A stretch of DNA of 32,000 bases from Propionibacterium ruminifibrarum (GTDB lineage: Bacteria; Actinomycetota; Actinomycetes; Propionibacteriales; Propionibacteriaceae). Positions 16,693 to 24,814 of this stretch are shown one piece after another. The notes beneath the pieces were generated by a model that worked only from the letters and a program-made list of their open reading frames with translations, had not been told where the DNA came from and did no database searches. The DNA lies in assembly GCF_900289195.1 (NCBI RefSeq), contig NZ_OMOH01000003.1, forward strand, positions 204,641 through 236,640, given 5' to 3'. Each line of letters opens with the position of its first letter. Positions within the stretch are counted from its first letter, which is position 1. The position numbers and the translations under genes were made by a program.

Positions 16693-17733
16693 GTGACTGA
16701 CACACTTCGCGTCGGCATCATCGGCACCGGCGTCATGGGATCCGATCATGCCCACAACCTCGCGCGGGGCGTGCGGGGCGCAGCCCTCGTGGCCATCGCG
16801 GACGCCGCCGCCGACCGCGCCCAGGCGCTGGCCGCCGAGGTCGGCGTCGAGACCGTTTTCACCGACGGCACCCAGATGATCGACTCCGGTCAGGTGGACG
16901 CCGTCATCATCGCCGTCCCCGACCCCTTCCACGCCACCCTGGTCGAGGCCTGTCTCGACGCCGGCCTGCCCGTCCTGTGCGAGAAGCCGCTCGCCCCGAC
17001 CGTCGCAGAGGCCGTGCGGATCATCAAGAAGGAGGACACGCTCGATCACCCGCTGCTCACCGTCGGCTTCATGCGCCGGTTCGACCCCAGCTACCTGGCC
17101 ATGCGCGCCCGGCTGGCCACCGGCAGCGAGGGCGCCCTGCTCATGACCCACTCCTGCCACCGCAACGTCGAGGCCTACCCGGGTCAGGACTCCTCGGCCA
17201 CCGTCACCAACTCCGCCGTCCACGAGATCGACGTCCTGCCCTGGCTCGCCGGCAGCCCCATCACCGAGGTCCAGTGGCTCTCGGGGCGTCCGTCCTCCCT
17301 CATCGACGAGCGCATCGACCCCCAGCTGCTCCTCATGCGCGCCGCCGACGGCGTCCTGCACACCGTCGAGCTGCAGGTCCACGCCCAGTACGGCTACGAC
17401 GTGCGGTGCGAGCTCGTCTGCGAGCGGGGCAGCATCGAGATGCCCTCGGTGCCGAGCCTCGTCGAGGCCGACGAGTACGTCGTCTCGGCGAACCTGGCCC
17501 GCCAGGCGGCCTACCCGGCGGACTGGCGTCCCCGCTTCGCCGCCGCATACCGCGCCGAGCTCGCCGCCTGGGTCGAGGCATCACTCGCGGGCGGGCTGCC
17601 CGCCGAGGCGGCCACCGGACGCGACTCCCTGCGCGCGACCATCGTCGCCGACGCCCTCGTACGGTCCATGAACGAGGGCGGCGCGCTGGTGCAGGTGCCG
17701 AGCGTCGAGTCCGTCATGACTGAGGAGGCCTGA
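16693..17733 (+). CDS. Gfo/Idh/MocA-family NAD(P)-dependent oxidoreductase (inositol-2-dehydrogenase-like)
   Basis: The GTG start follows AAGGAGGAA. LRVGIIGTGVMGSDHAHNL is the Rossmann motif and VLCEKPLAPT is the family EKP motif. Confidence 0.85.
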   Translation: MTDTLRVGIIGTGVMGSDHAHNLARGVRGAALVAIADAAADRAQALAAEVGVETVFTDGTQMIDSGQVDAVIIAVPDPFHATLVEACLDAGLPVLCEKPLAPTVAEAVRIIKKEDTLDHPLLTVGFMRRFDPSYLAMRARLATGSEGALLMTHSCHRNVEAYPGQDSSATVTNSAVHEIDVLPWLAGSPITEVQWLSGRPSSLIDERIDPQLLLMRAADGVLHTVELQVHAQYGYDVRCELVCERGSIEMPSVPSLVEADEYVVSANLARQAAYPADWRPRFAAAYRAELAAWVEASLAGGLPAEAATGRDSLRATIVADALVRSMNEGGALVQVPSVESVMTEEA

Positions 17734-17736
17734 GCC

Positions 17737-18702
17737 GTGGAACTCGGAATCGTCACCGACTCCCTCGCCCACCTGCCCTTCGAGGAGATGCTCGACGTGG
17801 TCGCCGGCCTCGGCATCTCGGCCGTCGAGTTCCCCACCGGGGGCTGGTCCAGCGCACCACACCTCGACCTCGACGAGCTCCTCGAGGACGGGGCCGCTCG
17901 TGCCCGTTTCGTCGATGCCGTCTCGGACCGGGGCCTGCACATCAGCGCCCTCAACGCCAACGGCAACCAGCTCCACCCGGTGATCGGCGAGAAGATCGAC
18001 TCGCTCGTGCGCCGCACCGTCCGGCTGGCGGAACTGCTCGAGGTGCCCACCGTCGTCCTCATGTCGGGCCTGCCCGCCGGGGCGCCCGGGGACACCACGC
18101 CGAACTGGGTCACCACGTCGTGGCCGCCCGAGACCCGGGCCATCCTCGACTACCAGTGGAACGAGGTCGCCATCCCCTACTGGAAGGACCTGGCAGCCTT
18201 CGGCGCCGACCACGGCGTGCGGTTCGCCGTCGAGATGCACGGCGACCAGCTGGTGTACAACGCCGCCACCCTGCTGCGGCTCCGCGAGGCCGTCGGGGAC
18301 GTCGTGGGTGCCAACCTCGACCCCTCGCACCCCATGTGGATGGGGGCGGACCCGCGGGCCCTGGCGCGCGCCCTGCCCGGTGCGATCCACAACGTCCACG
18401 CCAAGGACTCACGCATCCAGCGTCACATCGCCGACGTCAACGGGCTCCTCGACACCCAGGGCCCCGAGCAGGCGGCGACCCGGGCCTGGAACTATGTCAC
18501 GCTCGGTCTCGGCCACGAGGGCGGTCGGCAGTTCTGGGGGCAGTTCCTGTCCGACATGCGCCAGTCCGGCTACGACGGGGTGCTGTCGATCGAGCACGAG
18601 GACGTCGTCCTCGACGCGGTCGAGGGCGTCGCGGCGACGGTCGACCTGCTCAAGCAGGTCATGCCCGTGGCCCCGCCCAGCTGGAAGCCGCAGGACATCT
18701 GA
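17737..18702 (+). CDS. Sugar phosphate isomerase/epimerase family protein (xylose-isomerase-like TIM barrel)
   Basis: The GTG start lies 3 nt after the upstream stop. The sequence resembles AP-endonuclease-2 / xylose-isomerase-like TIM barrel proteins (FAVEMHGDQLVYN..., NLDPSHPMWMG..., SIEHED). Confidence 0.75.
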   Translation: MELGIVTDSLAHLPFEEMLDVVAGLGISAVEFPTGGWSSAPHLDLDELLEDGAARARFVDAVSDRGLHISALNANGNQLHPVIGEKIDSLVRRTVRLAELLEVPTVVLMSGLPAGAPGDTTPNWVTTSWPPETRAILDYQWNEVAIPYWKDLAAFGADHGVRFAVEMHGDQLVYNAATLLRLREAVGDVVGANLDPSHPMWMGADPRALARALPGAIHNVHAKDSRIQRHIADVNGLLDTQGPEQAATRAWNYVTLGLGHEGGRQFWGQFLSDMRQSGYDGVLSIEHEDVVLDAVEGVAATVDLLKQVMPVAPPSWKPQDI

Positions 18703-18707
18703 CACGG

Positions 18708-18726
18708 CGCCCCTCCGGCAGGGGCG
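18708..18726. terminator. Short hairpin between convergent genes (possible bidirectional terminator)
   Basis: CGCCCCT-CCGGC-AGGGGCG, a 7-bp stem, 6 nt after the TIM-barrel stop and 69 nt from the LacI stop. Confidence 0.35.
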
Positions 18727-18794
18727 TGGACCCGGCCGGAGGACGTGCCCCGGCCCAGACGGCGGCGTCGCGCAGCTGCCGGCGCCGAGCGTCC

Positions 18795-19826
18795 TCAGCC
18801 GCGCGGTCCCGTGGTCTCGCGGACGACCAGTTCGACGGGCAGGACGATGTCGTCGACCTGCTCGCCGGCGAGCAGGCGCGGCACCATGGCCATGGCGCGC
18901 GCGCCGATCTCGCGGGACGGCTGCCGGACCGTGGTGAGCGGGGGAGACGACAGGGCGGCCCAGCTGATGTCGTCGAAGCCGCAGACGGCGACGTCCTCCG
19001 GCACGCGCAGCCCGCGCCCGATGAGTGCCCTCACCAGGTGGATGGCCAGCAGGTCGTCGCCGGCGAAGAAGGCGTCGATCGTCGGGTCCGCACCGATGAT
19101 GCCGAGGGCCTGGTCGACGGCGTCGGCGGTGCGGCGGACGGCCGTGCCCACCGCGGTATCGGCCACCTCGAGACCGAGTTCGCCGGCCCGCCGGCGGAAA
19201 CCCGCGATGCGCTGAACGGAGGTCGGCATGCCCTCGGGCGCGCCGATGGCTCCGGCGCGCCGCCGACCGCAGGCCGCCAGGTGCTCGGCGACCAGCTCAC
19301 CGCCGCGGACGTTGTCGACGCTGACGCAGGCGGCGGCTGCGCCGGCGACCGGCTCGTCGAGCAGGACCAGCGGGGGAGTGGAGGCCCGCGGCCCGGTGTT
19401 CTCGGCGGCCAGCAGGTCCGGGGTGAACGGGGTGCACAGCACCGCCGCGAAATCGGACGCGAGGGCGTCACGAAGGTAGCCGCGCTCGCGCTCGGCATCG
19501 AGATTCGAGTTGCGCAGCACGACGGACAGCCCGAGCTGCGCGGCCTTCTCCTCCGCGCCCACGAGGACCTCGGTGTAGAAGGGATTCGTGACGTCCGGGA
19601 CGATGAGCGCGACATTACGGCTGCGCCCGGTACGCAGGGCCATGGCGCTCGTATTGCGCCGGTAGCCGAGGGACTCGATGGCCTCGATGACGCGTTCCCG
19701 GGTGGGTGCGGTGACGGTGCGCTTGCCGGACAGGACGTAGCTGACGGTCGCCGTCGAGACGCCGGCTGCCTCGGCCACGTCCTTGATGCGGACCCTGCGC
19801 GATGCGGTCTTGCGGTCGGGACTCAT
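18795..19826 (-). CDS. LacI-family transcriptional regulator
   Basis: The start is chosen at ATG 19826 (MSPDRKTASRRVRIKDVAEAAGVSTATVSYVLSG), preceded by AAGGAGG. The HTH is followed by a sugar-binding core. The upstream ORF-track extension has no support. Confidence 0.85.
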   Translation of the reverse strand: MSPDRKTASRRVRIKDVAEAAGVSTATVSYVLSGKRTVTAPTRERVIEAIESLGYRRNTSAMALRTGRSRNVALIVPDVTNPFYTEVLVGAEEKAAQLGLSVVLRNSNLDAERERGYLRDALASDFAAVLCTPFTPDLLAAENTGPRASTPPLVLLDEPVAGAAAACVSVDNVRGGELVAEHLAACGRRRAGAIGAPEGMPTSVQRIAGFRRRAGELGLEVADTAVGTAVRRTADAVDQALGIIGADPTIDAFFAGDDLLAIHLVRALIGRGLRVPEDVAVCGFDDISWAALSSPPLTTVRQPSREIGARAMAMVPRLLAGEQVDDIVLPVELVVRETTGPRG

Positions 19827-19951
19827 CCGCGGGCCTCCTTGGACGTGACGATGGCACGACCATACCCGCGCCAGGGCGTCGATCCTCCGGGCGCGACGCG
19901 TGAACCTGCGATTCCTGCTCGTCCCGCCACGCGCCACGAGACGCCGGCCGT

Positions 19952-19989
19952 CCGGCCATGGCGTTCGGCCCAATGGACGCCACGGCCGG
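19952..19989 (-). terminator. Hairpin downstream of glnK (probable amtB-glnK terminator)
   Basis: CCGGCCATGGCGT ... ACGCCACGGCCGG forms a 13-bp stem with one mismatch and a 12-nt loop. It begins 18 nt after the glnK stop on the minus strand. Confidence 0.4.
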
Positions 19990-20006
19990 ACCCGGGGTGG
20001 TCGTAC

Positions 20007-20345
20007 TCAGATGGCGCTCACCCCGCGTTCACCGGTGCGGATCCGCACGACGTCCTCGACGGGGCAGCTCCAGACCTTGCCGTCGCCGACGTTCCCGGTG
20101 CGGGCCGCCTCGCAGATGGTCGTGATGACCGATTCGACGTTGTGGTCCTCGGAGAGGAGTTCGATGCGCACCTTGGCGATGAAGTCGATCGTGTACTCGG
20201 CACCGCGGTAGACCTCGATGTGGCCGCGTTGGGCGCCGTAGCCGGAGACCTCCGAGACGGTCATGCCGTGAACGCCCGCACGGGCCAGGGCCACCTCGAT
20301 GTCCTCGAGGGCCGAGGGCTGAACGATTGCTGTGACGAGTTTCAT
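20007..20345 (-). CDS. glnK: Nitrogen regulatory protein P-II
   Basis: The 112-aa protein MKLVTAIVQPSALEDIEVALARAGVHGMTVSEVSGYGAQRGHIEVYRGAEYTIDF... has the conserved T-loop tyrosine (YRGAEY) and lies immediately downstream of amtB. Confidence 0.92.
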   Translation of the reverse strand: MKLVTAIVQPSALEDIEVALARAGVHGMTVSEVSGYGAQRGHIEVYRGAEYTIDFIAKVRIELLSEDHNVESVITTICEAARTGNVGDGKVWSCPVEDVVRIRTGERGVSAI

Positions 20346-20357
20346 GACGGATTCCTT

Positions 20358-21722
20358 TCAGCTGCGCGCGGGAACATCGGCCGTCTCGGCCCCGGCGCCG
20401 TCAGGAGGCACCATGACCGTGCGCGAGATGCTGCGCGTGGAATAGCCGATGTGCGAGAGGTCGTAGCCGACCTCGGCATGCTGGTCGACGTCCATCCCGG
20501 CCAGCTCGACCTGGCTGGAGACGCGCAGACCGATCAACCGCTTGATGACGAGGGCGATGGCCAGGCTCATGACGAACGAGTAGGCCATCACGGCAAGGGC
20601 CCCGGCGGCCTGCCTGCCGAGTTGGGCGAGACCACCGCCATGGAACAGCCCATCGACGCCGGAGAGCTCCTGGGTGCAGAACAGGCCGGTGGCGAGGGTG
20701 CCGATGAGGCCGCCGACGAAATGAACACCGACGACGTCCAGGGCGTCATCGAAACCGAGCCGGTACTTCAGGCCGATGGCGAAGACGCAGCCGACGCCCG
20801 CCAGGATGCCGATGCACACGGAGCCGAGCGGCGTGACCGTGGCACACGCCGGTGTGATGGCGACCAGTCCGGCGACGACGCCCGACGCCGCTCCGAGACT
20901 GGTGGCGTGTCCGTCCCGAATGCGCTCGACAACGATCCAGGACACCATGGCGGCACAGCTGGCGGCAAGCGTGTTCACCCAGGCGAGACCGGCAGTGCCG
21001 TTGGCCGACAGGGCGGAACCCGCGTTGAACCCGAACCAGCCGAACCACAGGCCGACAGCGCCGAGCATGACGAGGGTCAGGTTGTGCGGGCGCATCGGAC
21101 GGGAGCCGAAACCGATGCGAGGCCCGAGAACGAGGACGAGGGCCAGCGCCGCCGCACCCGCATTGATGTGGATGGCGGTGCCGCCGGCGAAGTCGAACGC
21201 GCCAAGCGTGTTGGCGATCCAGCCGCCCCGCGCACCGGCGCTCGTGAAACCGTCGAAGGCGAAGACCCAGTGCGCCGCCGGGAAGTAGCACAGGACCGCC
21301 CAGGCCCCCGCGAAGGCGCACCAGGCGCCGAACTTCATGCGGTCCGCGACGGCGCCTGAGACGAGGGCGACGGCGATGATCGCGAAGGCCGACTGGAAGC
21401 CGACGAAGACCAGTCCGGGGATCATGTGGTCGGGGTCGGAACCGAACTCGGCGTCGAGAAGCCCGCGCATGCCGGCGTACTGGGCGGGATTGCCGATGAG
21501 CCCGTGCCAGGAGTCGCCGAAGGCCTCCGAGAAGCCGAACAGCACCCAGGCGACACCGACGATGCCCATCGTGACGATCGACATCATCATCATGTTGAGG
21601 ACGCCCTTGGCCCGGACCATTCCTCCGTAGAAGAAGGCCAGGGATGGTGTCATGAGAAGAACCAGCGCCGCGCTGATCAGCACCCACGCGGTGTCACCCG
21701 TATTGATCTCGAGAACAATCAT
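20358..21722 (-). CDS. amtB: Ammonium transporter
   Basis: DTAWVLISAALVLLMTPSLAFFYGGMVRAKGVLN plus FDFAGGTAIHINAGAAALA and DDALDVVGVHFVGGLIGTL are Amt/MEP family signatures. Confidence 0.92.
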   Translation of the reverse strand: MIVLEINTGDTAWVLISAALVLLMTPSLAFFYGGMVRAKGVLNMMMMSIVTMGIVGVAWVLFGFSEAFGDSWHGLIGNPAQYAGMRGLLDAEFGSDPDHMIPGLVFVGFQSAFAIIAVALVSGAVADRMKFGAWCAFAGAWAVLCYFPAAHWVFAFDGFTSAGARGGWIANTLGAFDFAGGTAIHINAGAAALALVLVLGPRIGFGSRPMRPHNLTLVMLGAVGLWFGWFGFNAGSALSANGTAGLAWVNTLAASCAAMVSWIVVERIRDGHATSLGAASGVVAGLVAITPACATVTPLGSVCIGILAGVGCVFAIGLKYRLGFDDALDVVGVHFVGGLIGTLATGLFCTQELSGVDGLFHGGGLAQLGRQAAGALAVMAYSFVMSLAIALVIKRLIGLRVSSQVELAGMDVDQHAEVGYDLSHIGYSTRSISRTVMVPPDGAGAETADVPARS

Positions 21723-21756
21723 GTCCCAGACTCTTCCGGACGAGTCACCGCCTTCG

Positions 21757-21823
21757 GTGACGTCCGCGTAACCGGCGCGTGAACAATCGCGACGTTTCGT
21801 TACGGGTCTGTTTCACCGTTCAC
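21757..21823 (-). promoter_or_regulatory. Array of GTnAC/GAAAC pentamers with 6-nt spacers upstream of amtB (GlnR-box-like)
   Basis: On the amtB sense strand the sequence reads GTGAACgGTGAAACagacccGTAACGAAACgtcgcgattGTTCACgcgccgGTTACgcggacGTCAC. Pentamers recur at 11-bp phasing (GAAAC-n6-GTAAC and TTCAC-n6-GTTAC-n6-GTCAC), resembling the actinobacterial GlnR a-site/b-site architecture. The last pentamer is part of the inverted repeat GTCACCG-n4-CGGTGAC (21744-21761). Confidence 0.4.
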
Positions 21824-21906
21824 CGCAGGGCCGGGCGCCGCCTCGACGGGCCCTCCTGCGCTCCGGCGTACGCCCTCGCCCGAGGGCTGCGGGCCGGTGC
21901 ACCGGC

Positions 21907-22938
21907 TCAGCAGTGACCGACTCCGAAACCATGAGCGGTGAAGTACACCTGCCCGGCCACGGCGTCGGCGGCCTCGCGGGCCGTGTCGATCTGGTCGGCG
22001 GGCGCGGTGACGACCAGGCTGACCCCCACCCGGTTGCCGTTCGAGGTGGGGATGATCGCCATCTGACGCAGAACGACCGAATCGTTCGCCGTCGTGCCCT
22101 CGGATGTCTTGATGTAGCTGCTGACGACCTGACCGAAGCCGTAGGAGTGCTCCTCGTCGACGTGCTGCATGCGGCTGATGATGTACCAGTCGGAGCTGGA
22201 GCACCACAGCTGCCCGGCGAACTCGGCCTGACTGGCCACGGTCCAGTCGGTCTGCGTGAACGCCGGGACGCCTGGCCGGTCGGTCTTCGTGGCGACGGTC
22301 GTCACCTGGTCCCCGTACTCCTGGAAGACCCGGTTGACCGCCTTCGACGCGGCGTCGGTGGTGCCGAGGAAGGTGTAGAGGGCCTCGTCGGAGGACAGTG
22401 AGGACTCGCTGATCGACTTGGTGAGCATGTACGTCAGATTGCTCGGCATCGAGTCGGTGTCGAAGATGGCCACGGCGATCGGTATGTCGAGCGTGCCCCA
22501 TGCCGGCCCGCTGGTGAGGGAACCGGCCGTCCATGTCGCTGTGGAGCGCTGGCCGACGGGAGCGATCCCGGCCACTCCCAGGCCGATCCGCACGCCGTAC
22601 CTCGACTGGATCGAGTCGACCTGGGTCTGCAGTACGGTCAGGTTCACGTCGTCGACGGGTTCCGGGCTGCTGGGGGCCTGCGTGGGCGAGGTGCTTTGAG
22701 TCGGCGTCGGGGTCGGGCTGGTGGTCACCTCGACGGCCGCCGGACGCCCGTTCGTCGAGCGGCTGGCCCCGAAGGCGACGACGGCGCACAGCACCAGTGC
22801 CATGCCCGTCGAGATGGCGGGCAGCGGGGCGTGCCACACGCGCCTGGCCCCGCTGCGCAGTACCGAGGCGGCCCGTGAGAGCACGGCACGCGCCCGGGCG
22901 CGGTCGAGGTGCGCACCTGCCGGGTGTCTGCTGGCCAT
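21907..22938 (-). CDS. Membrane-anchored extracytoplasmic protein, class-A beta-lactamase/serine-hydrolase-like fold with degenerate catalytic motifs
   Basis: The start is ATG 22938, after AAGGAGG. An N-terminal TM anchor (LPAISTGMALVLCAVVAFGA) is followed by a Thr/Pro/Ser linker. By-eye correspondences are AWGTLDIPIAVAI (SxxK position), SSDEALYTFLG (SDN position) and YIKTSEGTTANDSVV (KTG position). The overlapping 567-aa ORF in another frame is Arg/Pro-rich and rejected. Confidence 0.6.
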   Translation of the reverse strand: MASRHPAGAHLDRARARAVLSRAASVLRSGARRVWHAPLPAISTGMALVLCAVVAFGASRSTNGRPAAVEVTTSPTPTPTQSTSPTQAPSSPEPVDDVNLTVLQTQVDSIQSRYGVRIGLGVAGIAPVGQRSTATWTAGSLTSGPAWGTLDIPIAVAIFDTDSMPSNLTYMLTKSISESSLSSDEALYTFLGTTDAASKAVNRVFQEYGDQVTTVATKTDRPGVPAFTQTDWTVASQAEFAGQLWCSSSDWYIISRMQHVDEEHSYGFGQVVSSYIKTSEGTTANDSVVLRQMAIIPTSNGNRVGVSLVVTAPADQIDTAREAADAVAGQVYFTAHGFGVGHC

Positions 22939-23027
22939 CGGTGCCTCCTTCGCCCCGCCGCTGCGTGTCCGGGCCGCAGTCGCGGCTTCTCGGGGCGCGG
23001 GCATTCCGCGCCGATGTGGACCTTATC

Positions 23028-23561
23028 CTAGAACTCGGCCGGGCGTACCGGGCTGAGCCGCTGTGCTCCGTCGCCGGTGTAGTCGAAGGGGTCGAAGGAT
23101 CCCAGCTCGCTCCAGGGCACGTCGACGTCGAAGGCCGCGACGGTCGCCACCGGGAAGGAGCACATCTGCATGTCGGCGTCGCTGCGGTCGGCCGCCCAGG
23201 TGAACTCGCTGGCCAGCGTGGGGATGGTTGGCGCGTGGCCGATGACGATGAGGCCCTGCACCTCGTCCGGGGCCTCGGCGATGCGTGCCAGCACCAGGCG
23301 GGGGCCCGCCTCGTACAGCGCCGCCTGGAACTCGACGTGCACCGGGACGCCGTTGATGTCGGGGAGCTGCAGGTCGGCGAAGGTCTCCCGGGTGCGCTCG
23401 GCATCCGAGACCAGGGCCATCTGGATGCCGGCGCCGGCGAGCCGTTCACCCGCCTCGCGGGCCTGGGCGTGCCCGTTGTCGCTGAGCCTGCGGCCCTTGT
23501 CACCGCCCGTTCCGAAGGACCTGGCCTGGGCGTGGCGCATGAGATACAAACGTCGGGTCAT
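23028..23561 (-). CDS. Histidine phosphatase family protein (SixA-like)
   Basis: The start is ATG 23561 (MTRRLYLMRHAQA...), giving the RHA/RHG catalytic motif at the N-terminus. ...LVSDAERTRETF and IVIGHAPT are typical of SixA-type phosphatases. Confidence 0.75.
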   Translation of the reverse strand: MTRRLYLMRHAQARSFGTGGDKGRRLSDNGHAQAREAGERLAGAGIQMALVSDAERTRETFADLQLPDINGVPVHVEFQAALYEAGPRLVLARIAEAPDEVQGLIVIGHAPTIPTLASEFTWAADRSDADMQMCSFPVATVAAFDVDVPWSELGSFDPFDYTGDGAQRLSPVRPAEF

Positions 23562-23638
23562 GCTATAGAGCCTATTGCCCGGCCCGAAATCACCGGGCGG
23601 GTATGCCCTGGGGGTGTCTGAACGGGTCGTTCCGGGGC

Positions 23639-24697
23639 TCAGCGGGCTGGTTTGCGGGCGACGATGAGGTCGCGTCTGATCGAGGAGTCGACGCGGTGGC
23701 TGAACTGCTCCCAGGCCGGCCCCGGGCAGACCTCCAGGCCGGCGTCGGCGCAGATGGCCGCCAGGTCGTCGCGGGTGAGTCCGAAGGCGTTCCAGGCGAT
23801 TCCGAGCGCACCCCCCGCCCTCAGCTGCCCGGCCCACACGGGGATGGCCTGGGCCAGGAGCGCAGCGGGGGAGCGGTCGCCCCTGCCCTCCCGGTTTCCC
23901 CTGGCCGAGCGGGCGCCGTGGACGATGCCGTACGGCGCGTCGGTGACGATCGCGTCGAAACGGCGTCGGCCGAACAGCCTCGCCGAGTCGCGGGTGTCAC
24001 CGGTGAGGACACTCATCGTCAGCGCCGGGGCGCCCTCGAGCGCATCGTGCCCGCCCGTGGCGACCCCCGGGTGCGCCGTCACCTCGAAACGGCGGCCGAT
24101 GACGCGGCCCTCGCGGCGCACCGGAGCGGCGTCCGCCTTGTGCCTGAGCCGCTTGCGCCGCAGGTAGGTCTTCATGAAGGCGGCCAGCTGCTCGACGGCC
24201 CTCTCATCGGTCTCGACCCCGAAACCGTTGTGGCCCATCAACCAGGCCGCCTGCAGCGTGGTGCCGCGGCCGGCCATCGGGTCGAGCACGTCCAGCTGCC
24301 GGACGCCGCCGGGCAGCACAGGGCGTTCGGGCCCAGCGGTGCGCACCTGCGCGCAGGTGACGTGCAGCAGAAGCCTGGTGAACATCTCGTTGGTCTTGCC
24401 CGCGTACTTGGTGATGGTGAGCAGGTCGTCGTCCATCACCTGCACGGCCGGGAGTTGTACGGGACGCAGCAGCTCACCGGCGCGCTCGAACAGGGCGAGT
24501 GCGCTGGACTGGCGGGCGATCGCGGCCGGGTCGAGGGCGTCGGCGCCGAAACCCACGTACTCGACGCCCGCCATGGCGGTGCGCTCAGGGTTCTCGACGG
24601 TGGTGGTGACGGCCAGTTCCGCCACCGCCATCGTCGGTGCCTGCTCGGCGTAGACGTGGTTCGCCGACGGGGCCACGAGCATGACGTAGTCGCTCAC
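23639..24697 (-). CDS. Class I SAM-dependent methyltransferase with a DPPY-type motif (RNA m2G/m6A-type, UPF0020-like)
   Basis: Motif I is VLDPMAGRGTTLQAA and motif IV is IVTDAPYGIVHG (a D/N-P-P-Y variant). The N-terminal ~110 aa form an extra domain. The substrate cannot be assigned from sequence. Confidence 0.6.
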   Translation of the reverse strand: MSDYVMLVAPSANHVYAEQAPTMAVAELAVTTTVENPERTAMAGVEYVGFGADALDPAAIARQSSALALFERAGELLRPVQLPAVQVMDDDLLTITKYAGKTNEMFTRLLLHVTCAQVRTAGPERPVLPGGVRQLDVLDPMAGRGTTLQAAWLMGHNGFGVETDERAVEQLAAFMKTYLRRKRLRHKADAAPVRREGRVIGRRFEVTAHPGVATGGHDALEGAPALTMSVLTGDTRDSARLFGRRRFDAIVTDAPYGIVHGARSARGNREGRGDRSPAALLAQAIPVWAGQLRAGGALGIAWNAFGLTRDDLAAICADAGLEVCPGPAWEQFSHRVDSSIRRDLIVARKPAR

Positions 24698-24768
24698 GGG
24701 CCAATCCTTCCACGACGGGCCAGCCGGCCGCCCGATCGTGGGCCGGGATGGGGAGCTGCCGATACGAC

Positions 24769-24798
24769 GAGGGGCCGGGCGTCGCTGCCCGGCCCCTC
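24769..24798 (-). terminator. Hairpin, probable ppa terminator
   Basis: GAGGGGCCGGGC-GTCGCT-GCCCGGCCCCTC is a perfect 12-bp stem with a 6-nt loop, 17 nt downstream of the ppa stop on the minus strand. Confidence 0.55.
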
Positions 24799-24814
24799 GC
24801 GCTGTCTCAGCGGG

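Noticed and set aside
18120-21359. 1079-aa ORF on the plus strand, the longest in the window
   Set aside because: It runs off-frame within the 3' part of the plus-strand TIM-barrel gene (to 18702). It then runs antisense through the LacI regulator, glnK and most of amtB, all of which have strong family signatures. The translation is Arg/Gly/Asp/Ala-rich with no domain-like segments. It is an artefact of stop-codon scarcity in high-GC DNA.
21872-21887. GCCCTCG-CC-CGAGGGC inverted repeat after the beta-lactamase-like gene, a possible terminator
   Set aside because: The stem is very short with an essentially absent loop. It cannot be distinguished from chance in GC-rich DNA.
21800-23503. 567-aa ORF on the minus strand, overlapping the beta-lactamase-like and SixA-like genes in another frame
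   Set aside because: The translation is Arg/Pro/Ser-rich. It competes with two ORFs that have an RBS, a TM anchor and family motifs.
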